64,000 nt of DNA from Anaeromyces robustus. Lineage: Eukaryota. Each line of letters opens with the position of its first letter. The stretch's first letter is position 1. The notes under the pieces are model-generated. The model was not told the DNA's origin, did no database searches, and saw only the letters and a list, made by a program, of their open reading frames with translations. Position numbers and translations under genes: made by a program. Shown one piece after another: positions 53,783 to 64,000 of the stretch. The stretch is from positions 62,001 to 126,000 of the forward strand of contig MCFG01000023.1 of NCBI GenBank assembly GCA_002104895.1, given 5' to 3'.

Positions 53783-56700
53783 ATGGAAGAAAAAGTTCAA
53801 ATAGATATTACAATGTATGAAGAAAAGGTCAAAATAGTTGATGAAAAGGAAGAAATGCAAAAAAATAGTAAAATTTTGAATAAAGGATCAAGTTTGGATG
53901 ATGTAAATGTAAAATTATCAAAGGTAAATGATAATAGTAGCATATATTATTTATAAGAAAAAATCATTTATTCATTAAAATATATATTAATCAATATATA
54001 TATATTTTTTAAATATTCTATTAAAAATAATACTGACATATAGACAAAATTTTTTTTGGTTATTTTAGCTTTAAGTAATTAAAGAATTTTTTATATATAT
54101 CTTTAAAATTTATTATAAAATAATAACAAAAATTAAAATGAAAACAATAATAAAATGTATTAATTTTTATTTCATTTTATTACATTAGTTCTTTCTTTAA
54201 TTATATCTAGTTTAGATATTTCTATTGTCGCTACAGCTTTACCAACTATTAGTAACCAATTTAATTCTAAAGAAGAATATACATGGGTTGTTACGGCATA
54301 TTTGTTAGCTAAAACAGCATTCCAACCGAGTAAATACTATATATACATATAAATAATGATAATTATATATATTAAAATTAAATATATTTTAAAGAAGAAA
54401 TATTAAAATATATTTTTATTATAATATACAATATACATTTTTTTTATATTGTAATAATATATTAGTGTTCGGAAAATGTAAGTTATAAAACGAAAGAAAA
54501 AGTAAAAAATTTTATTAAATATAAAATGATAAATTATTTAATTTGTAAAATATTATTAAAATTTTATATATTATATATATATATATATAAATAGTTGCTG
54601 ACATTTTTGGAAGAAAACCTGTTATGATATGTGTTTTAATTGTTTTTATTTCCACTTCAACTGTTTGTGGAGGTAATTTTATTATTATTTTTATTATAAA
54701 ATATTTTAATATTAATTATATATATAAATTAATATATATAAATATATATGTATATATACGTATAATATTTAATCATTATTAAACAATTATAATAATAATT
54801 TTTATTTTATATATATTTGAAGCTGCACAAAATATTCAAATGCTTATTATATTTAGAGGTATACAAGGTATAGGAGGTGGTGGTATTATGGCAATGACTA
54901 ATATTATTATATCTGATATTGTGCCATTAAAAAAAAGGTAATTAAAAAAAAAAGAAAAATTATATTAAAAAAAAAAAATTAAGAACAAAAATAATAATAA
55001 TATAAAAAAATTATATTAAATATAAAAAAAATAAATAATTTATTTTATTTTTAGAGGTGTATATATGGGAATTTCTGGTGCTGTATTTGCATGTTCTTCA
55101 GTTATTGGTCCATTAGTTGGTGGTTTATTTACCGATAAATTATCGTAAGATATTAAATAATTTATATATATGTAATCTTAAAAGGATTAAGGGGAAATAA
55201 TTAATACTATACATACATATATCTATAATTTTTATTAATCAAATTTATCATTATATTGAAAAAAAAGTTGGAGATGGGCTTTTTATATTAACATTCCAGT
55301 TGGTATAGCTGCTATTATTGTAATTTTCTTATATGTTAATATTCCAACTCCACCTGGTTCAATATCTGAAAAAATTAAAAAAATTGATTTTATAGGAACT
55401 TTCTTCTTAGTTGGTAAAAATATTATATCTATATTTTTTATTTTTTTTCTATTATTTCATTTTTATTCTATCTTAAATTCCTAATATTAATTTATATTTA
55501 TAAAAAATTTTTTTTATATAATTAAATAAAAAAAAACATTTTAGCATCTGTTGTTTCACTTTTACTAGGACTTAGTTGGGGTGGTAATTTTTTTTTCTTT
55601 GTTTTCTTTATTACAAATCAGAAAATAATAAAATGATTATTTGGTTTTTATTAATTTTTTTACTAAATAAATAATATTATACATATTAATAATATGTATA
55701 ATATGAATATGTATATGTATAATATAATAAAAATTTAGGTACTAAATTTTCTTGGACATCTACAGTTATTATTTTATTATTTGTTGGTTTCTTTATTGGT
55801 GGAACTATATATTTATATGTTGAATGGAAAATTGCTAAAGAACCTATTACTCCATTCCAAATATTTAAAAATAAAAATGTTGCATTATGTTGTCTTATAA
55901 GTTTCTTCTTAGGAATTACATTTATTGGTGTAACTAATACTATGCCATTATTATATCGTAACCTATCATCTTAACTTTTGATTTATCTTAATAATATTTT
56001 TAATAAAATATTTTTTATTTTTAAATTAATTTTATTAATGGTTTATAATTCAAATATTATTTTAATAATACCATATATAAAAATTTATAGAGGATGGTCG
56101 TGGCATTTCTGCAACTTTATCAGGTTTAAGATTAGTTCCATATTCGTAAATATCTATTATATATATATATTAATTAATTAAAATAAAAAAAATGATACTA
56201 TTTTGTTAATTCAAATCAATAAATATTAATATATTTATTTATTAAATATATATATATTAAAACTTAAAAAAAAAAAAGAACAACACTTTCCATTGGTAAT
56301 ATTGGTAGTGGATATTTAATTGGTAAATATGGTTATGTAGAAAGATATATGAGGACAGGGGCTTTTTCTTTAATTATTGCAGCTTATTTAGTATCATTAT
56401 TTGGAATGAATTCATCATATTATTTTGAAGGTTTCGTTTTAGCATTATTAGGTATATCAGTTGGAATGAATATGCAAAATTCTGTTCTTGTTACTCAACA
56501 ATCAGCTGAAAAAAAATGTAAAAATTAATAATAGTTTTTTTTATAATAATATACTTAATAAAATAATAACTAAAATAAAAAATAATTATATAAATATTTA
56601 TGAATACATATATATATTGCTTTTGTTATATTAGTCTTAGCTATAGGAACTACACTTATTAATTTCTGTCGTTTAATTGGTGGTGTAATGGGTATTACAA

Positions 56701-57525
56701 TAATTGGGTAAATAAATTAACATTATATATTTTTTATTTTTTTATTTTGATATACTTGATATCAAAATATCAAGTATATCAAAAAGGATAATTATAATTT
56801 TATATATATATATAAATATATATATATATAATATATTAATTATAAATAATTTAAATAATTTAATAAATGAATAAATATATAAAATATACTAATAATAAAA
56901 TAATAGTGCCATGATTTCTAATAAATTCCCAAAATATTATAATGAAAGATATCCAGGAGTTAAAGGTAATATATTATATATATAATTTTGATATTAAATT
57001 TTTAATTATTTAAAAATTTAATACCAAAATTATAATTACTATTGATTTTTATTAAATAATTAAAAGTTTTATTAACTAAACTATTATAATATATTTTATT
57101 TTATTTTATTTATAAATAATATAGTTTCTGTAAATGGTATTCATAAAGTACCAAATGGTGAAGAAATTTATGTTGAAGCAATACAAATATCATATAGAAT
57201 TATAAATGTATCAACAGCAGTTATAACATTTATGTTTACACTTTTCCTTTCAGATATTCCAAAAATAGGGAATAGGAAGAAAGAAAATAAGAAGAATAAA
57301 ATGGAAATGGAAGAAAAATTAAAAAATTCAGAAACTGAAGATGTTGAAATTAGTATTAATACTATTGAAACCCCAATTAATAATAATAGTAAAGATAACA
57401 GTGATAATTCTATTAATAAAATTTCTTCTTTACTAAATGAAAGTGAAAAAGATACATTAAAATCAAATAAAATTAGAAAAAATTCAATAAATCTTGAAAA
57501 CAAAAAAGAAGAAAATAAAAATTAA
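53783..57525 (+). CDS. MFS DHA2 exporter, paralog C; 15 exons
   Basis: [62 protein letters not shown]; same intron positions; closest to paralog B by eye. Confidence 0.92.
56745..56784. repeat. Perfect 18-bp inverted repeat with a 4-nt loop in an intron of MFS paralog C
   Basis: TTTTGATATACTTGATAT-CAAA-ATATCAAGTATATCAAAA. Confidence 0.9.
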
Positions 57526-58023
57526 TTATATAACAAAATAGATAATTATATTGTATTATATATATATAATTATGTGTAGATAAAGAAAATATCTTTTTTA
57601 TTATTACTTTTTTTTATTTTATTTAAAGATAATAGTTATTTTTTTAGAATAAATATTTTAAAAAAAGAAATGTTAAAAGTTCTTTTTTAAAGGGTATTTT
57701 TATTTCAATTTTTATTTAGTTTCTATATTAATATTACAAAGTGTTCAAAAAATCACTCCAAGAATTTCTTTTTTTTACTTTTTCAATAACAATATTATAT
57801 CATATATACAATGATTAAATGTATATATTATTTTATATATATATATATATAAATGTATTGTATATATTATTTAAATAATAATAAAAAACACAAATATTAA
57901 TATATTAATAATATAAATTTTAAATTTTAACTACATTTATATTTAATAACTAAATAATGTATAAAATTTTTTAAAAATACTCTATATTTTGAAGAGTATT
58001 ATTATTAAATTTAACTATTATTG

Positions 58024-58067
58024 TATATAAGTAATATATAAAATTTTTTTTATATATTACTTATATA
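58024..58067. repeat. Perfect 20-bp inverted repeat with a 4-nt loop, intergenic
   Basis: TATATAAGTAATATATAAAA-TTTT-TTTTATATATTACTTATATA. Confidence 0.85.
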
Positions 58068-59141
58068 AAAAAAATATAAATATTACTATTAAAATATATA
58101 TATATATATATATATATATAAACAGTATTAATTTATTTATTTTTCAAAAGTAAAATATTCAAAACCTACCATGGAAATAGAAAAGTCGGAAAGTAGCGGA
58201 TAAATTTTATAATTATCAATAATAAAGTTTAATTTATTATAAATTTTTAATTTGTTTTTTATATTAAAATTTTTCCTTTATCAATAAACTTACAAACATA
58301 GACATATTGATACATTTTTTAATTTTTATATTCAAGTATATCATATAAAGATAAAAATATATATATATATTTAACTTATGTTTCAAATTTATTTTTTTGT
58401 ATTTAAACAATAAAATATTCATTATATTTAAAAATATCTTATTATAATTGTATATTATAAATTTTATTAAATAAAAATCTCTTTATTACTTCATAATTAT
58501 AGGGTCGTTGCTATTAAAAAATAAATTAATGTAAATACATTTGAAATTCGTTGTATCAATTTATTTTTAATAGTTTTATTTTTTTAATTAATAATATATT
58601 AGTAATATACGTTCCAAATATTTTTATCAAATATTTTTTTTTTAATAATCATAAAAATTTTAAAATATTATTGGCTAATAAAATAAATATTTATTTAATT
58701 TTTTTTTTTTTTATTTTTTATTTAAAAAAAAAAAAAAATTGAAATTATCAAATATATAATTAATAAAACAATTTAAGAAAACAAACAAATAAATTGAATA
58801 TATTTGATAATTTCATTTTTTTTAAAATTGAAATTATCAAATAATAATTAATTATAAGAAAATAAATAAATAAATAAATATTATTTTTATGTTTGAATTA
58901 TTATTATTATACAATATTCCAAAAGATTTAAATTAAAAGTAGAAAATAAAAAATAAAAAATATAAAATATAAATATTTTAATAATTTAAAAAATAGAAAT
59001 TTTAAATTATATAATTATCTGAAAATAAAACTTTGGTAGTATATGAATATATAAAATATATAAAAGTTTTTTTAAATATATAAATAAAGAAATTATAATA
59101 ATAAAATTTGTAATTTAAGAAATTTTCATTAAATATTAAAT

Positions 59142-61026
59142 ATGAGTAAAGAAAATTCTTCAGTAGTAAATAATGTCAATAAGGACATTGACATTACCAG
59201 TATAAATTCTTCAAATTCTAATTCATGTTCAATTGAAATAAGAAATAACCAAAAAGATACAAAGATAAAAAGTAATAAACCAGAAATAGATCCAAATTAT
59301 GCTACATATAAACTTCCTAAAGTAATAAAAATATTCAATTATTAATTTAAATACAATTCCAAATTTTAAATAATGAAAATATAACTTAATTATATATTTA
59401 TATATTATTATTATTATTATTATTATTTTTTTTTTTAGAAACAATTCTTTTGTGTTATTATATCTCTATGTAAATTGAATATATTATTTTTATTTTTTTT
59501 TTTAAATATAAATATATAAATATTTATTTAATTATTAATAACATTTTTAAAAAATCAATCATTATATACAGTAATTTCATTATCAATGGCAAGTTTAGAT
59601 ATTACTGTTGTTGCAACTACTTTACCTTCAATATCAAAAGAATTTAATTCACAAGAAAATTATACATGGGTTATTTTAGCATATTTATTAGGAAATACTT
59701 CTTTTTCACCAAGTAAAATATTATTTAATAATATTTTTTTTAAAATTAAAATAAAATATATTTTCTTATTCTTTTATATATATTCATATCATATTAATAA
59801 TGTATATTATAAATCTAATATATAATAAATAGCTTGTGGAAAATGTACGTAATACTTACATATATCATAATTAAAGTATAATAATAACAACAATAAAAAT
59901 AATAAATAATAAATAATATATAATAATAATTTATATATAAATATTATTTCCATTAGTGGCAGATATTTTTGGTAGAAGACCAGTTATGTTATTTGTGTTA
60001 TCAATTTTCTTAATTAGTTCAGTGATATGTAGTGGTAATATATATATATATATATATATTATAGCATAGCATACATATAATAACATGATTAAATATATTA
60101 TATATATATATTTAATTAATTAATTTAATATTTTAATATATATATATATTATTCAAACTTAATAATTAGTTTCAAAAAGTTTTAATATGATTGTTGCTGC
60201 AAGAGCATTTCAAGGAACAGCTGGTGGTTCTCTTATTTCAATGTCTAATATTATTTGTGCTGATATTGTTTCAATAAAACAAAGGTATTAACGAATATAT
60301 AGTATTGGTTATTAAACTATTATTAATTATTGATCTTTTTATCATTTTTTTTTTTTTTTTGATTCTTATCTTTTTATAAATTATTTTTTAATTTATAAAG
60401 AGGTACCTATTTAGGATTACTTAATTCTATTTTTTCTTTAACTATGGGTATTGGTCCTTTAGTTGGTGGACTCTTTACAGATTTTTTATCGTTAGTTATC
60501 TATATATAAATTTAAATATATATATAAATTTTTTTAATAAATTGTATACTTTATTATTTATATATTTACATATTTATAATAATTATATATTTTTTTTTAA
60601 AGATGGAGATGGGCATTCTATATTAATATACCATTATGTCTTATTGCTATGACATGTATTGGTCTTTTTGTAAAAATTCCAATACCTCCTGGTACTTTTA
60701 AAGAAAAATTTAAGCGAATTGATTTTATAGGAACTTTCTTCTTAATTTGTAATGATACAAATCTATATATAATATTAAATTATAAAGAAAAAAAAAAAAA
60801 AAAAAAACTACTTTTTTTATTTTTAGTATAAAATTAATTATTTTATATATATATATATTATTACAATTATAATAAACAAAATAAAATATATATAAATCAA
60901 TATATAAAATAGCTGCTATTGTTTGTTTATTACTTGGTTTAAACTGGGGAGGTAAAAAAAAAATATCATCATTTTTTTAATTTTTTACATTATTTCAATA
61001 AAAAATTAAATATTTAATAATAATTG

Positions 61027-61065
<39 letters not shown>

Positions 61066-62822
61066 TGATTATTTATTAATTCATTTATTTATTTTATTTT
61101 TGCATTTCTATTTTTATAAAAAAATAAATAAAAGGTACTACTTATGAATGGACATCATCAGTAATTTTAGGATTGTTTGGTGCCTTTTTAGTTTTAATAT
61201 GTTGTTTCCTTTTTGTCGAATATAAAATTGCAAAAGAACCTATTATACCATTTCATTTATTTAAAATTAATAATCTTAGAATTTGTGCAATTATGTCAAT
61301 CATGGCTGGATTAATTTTTATTACCTTTAATAATGTTTTTTCTATGTTATACCGTAAAGAATAATACATATATATATATATATATATATTTTTTTTTTAA
61401 TATAATTATTATTATATCTTTAAAATTTAAATATAAATTAATATATATATATATATAATTTTTATTAGAAAATGGTCGTGGATTTTCAGCAACAAAGTCA
61501 GGTCTAAGAATTATTCCAGCATTGTAAATATATATACATATATATATATATTAATATATTTATTTATTTATTTATTTATTATTTATTCATTTATTTATTT
61601 ATTTATTTATTCATTTTTATTTATTTATTTATTTATTTATTTATTCATTTTTATTTTTTTTATTTATTTTTAATAATAGTATTACAATTGCACTAAGTAG
61701 TGTTGGAAGTGGTTGGTTAATTGAAAAATATGGTCATATTAAAGAATTTACTATTATTGGAGCCTTTTTATTATTTTTTTGCTGTTACAGTTTATCTTTT
61801 ATTGGAGAACATACACCATTTTATGTAGAAGCTATCATTTATTTAATTTATGGTTTTTGTATATCTATACCACTTCAATTTTCTCTTGTTATTGCTCAAA
61901 TATCAGCACCTTCAGCTTGTAAATATAAATATAAATATAAATATAAATATATTTAATATATATTTTTTATTAATAATACAGTACATTTATATTTATATTA
62001 TATTATATAATACAAATATAAATATTTTATTAATAATACATTAACTATTCATATATATAATTATATAATTATAAAAATTTATAAACTAAAAAAAAAAAAA
62101 AATCATCATAATAATATTAATAGTAAGTGCTGTTTCAACTGCTGTTACTCTTTTCTTCCGTATGATTGGTGGTGTTTTAGGAGTTGCTATTTTTGGGTAA
62201 AATGTTATTAATATGTTCTATAATTAATAATATTATATACATTTTATTTGTATTAAAAGTTTATAAATTGAAACATAAGAAAAAAAAATGAAGAAAAAAG
62301 TACCTTTATTAATCTATTTTATATATGTTTATTTATAATATTTATTTAATAAATAGTATGGTAGTTAAAAATAAATTTAGCAGTAATTATAAAAAAGCCT
62401 ATCCAAATATTCAACATGGTAATGATAATAATTTATTAAATTAATTATATCTTATCAATATAAATGAATGAATAAATAGATAGATAGATAAATAAATTAT
62501 ATATCAGAATAATTATATATAAAGAAATTAATAATTAATAATATAACTTTTATATAATATTTAATTTTGATATATCTATATATATTTAAAAAAAAAAAAA
62601 TTAGTTTCAGTAAATGATCTTAAAACATTAGAAAATGCACCTTATCATTATATTAAAGCTGTCAATTTTTCTTACATCGCAACATTTTTACCTCCAGCAG
62701 TTATCATATTTATATTTTCATTCCTATTAACAAAATTAAAGTTTAAATCTAAAAAAGTATTAGATAAACAAAAATCTTCAGAAGAAGAACTTGTAAAAGA
62801 GCCAATAAAAGAAGTTGAATAA
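59142..62822 (+). CDS. MFS DHA2 exporter, paralog D; 15 exons
   Basis: [61 protein letters not shown]; same intron positions; stop at 62820-62822. Confidence 0.92.
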
Positions 62823-62917
62823 ATATAAATGTAAATATATATATATATATATAATATTTAGCATGCAATTCTATCCTTACCTAAGCATATTTCTGATTAC
62901 CATTCTATTTTAATTTC

Positions 62918-62961
<44 letters not shown>

Positions 62962-64000
62962 TTCAAACTATTTTATCTTCCCACTCCTTTTCCCTTCAAA
63001 AAAATTTTCAAATAGTCAAGAGAAGTATGTAAAAATCTAATGATAAAAAAAAAAGTTGATCATTGGAATATTAATTGTAAATCCTTTGAACAATGATAGA
63101 AATACAATTTTTAACTACAATGATAACTTATTTCTTATGTTTGTCTTAACTATTGAAAATAAATCACTGGAAAATACTATTTATAGACTTTGGGCGAAGA
63201 TTATGAAGAAGATTATGAAGATAATATATTAATTAATATATATATATTTACATGATACTTAACGTTTTCCTTGATGGTATGTTATGCATTCGAAAAGAAT
63301 TAAGGCATGAAATTTATTCCGACACTGATTCGAATGATATTCCATTCGATGAATGAGAGATATTAAAAGTTCTAACATCTTTCCTTTTTGTTTATATAAT
63401 ATATATATATATATATTAATTTAATTAATATCTAGTAATAAAAAAATTTATTATTTTCTTTGGTATCTTTTATTACTTTTTATTTATTTTTTATATTTCA
63501 TTTATTTTAAATATAAAAATTAATAATCATTGTCTAAAAAAAATATAAAAATATAAGAAAAAAAAAAAAAAATAAGAAAAAAATAAATAGAATATTTTAT
63601 GTATTAGTAATTTTTTTTATAAATATAAGTAAATAAGTAAATAATAAAAATAAAAATAAAAATAATAATAAAAAAATATAAAATAAAAATAAAAAATAAA
63701 AAAAAAAATTATAAAAAATGAAAATAAACATAAAAATAAAAATAATAGTAATATAATAAATTAAGAATATTCTTTTATTTTATTTTATTTTATTTATTTT
63801 AAATAATTTTATTTGCTTGTTCATTTACATATTTTTTTATATAACATTTTATTATTTATTCATTTATTTATTCATTTATTTATTTATATATTTATTTATA
63901 TATTTATTTATATATTTATTTTGATTTATTTATATTTATTTTGATTTATATATTTATTTATATTTATTGATTTATTTTTTGCTCTTATTTTAATATAATT

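Noticed and set aside
62922..62955. Poly(A) after MFS paralog D suggesting a retrocopy
   Set aside because: The gene keeps all 14 introns, and long A runs are ubiquitous in this window.

Overview
Extremely AT-rich, intron-dense eukaryotic DNA. The mix of fungal-type genes (SCJ1, MTC5/WDR59, DHA2 exporters) and a flagellar gene (CFAP58) points to a zoosporic fungus, most likely an anaerobic gut fungus (Neocallimastigomycota); this assignment is inference. By hand-splicing GT..AG introns I reconstruct 12 protein-coding genes: a 5'-truncated GDP-fucose transporter, an RS/K-rich nuclear protein (-), ER DnaJ SCJ1 ending in KDEL, a Vti1-like SNARE, a secreted C-type-lectin-like protein split by an acidic EEPVV repeat, CFAP58, WDR59/MTC5 with a large Asn-rich insert, a TLDc/OXR1 protein (-), and a tandem array of four intact 15-exon MFS DHA2 exporters sharing a 12-nt microexon. 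Intergenic and intronic DNA holds an LRR pseudogene relic, other decayed coding fragments, a perfect 4x112-bp tandem repeat, a 5x33-bp minisatellite, two perfect hairpins and long (TTA)n tracts. The most interesting items are the split lectin with a Kex2-type site and the charge-diverged MFS paralog array. No rRNA, tRNA, CRISPR or intact mobile element was seen.
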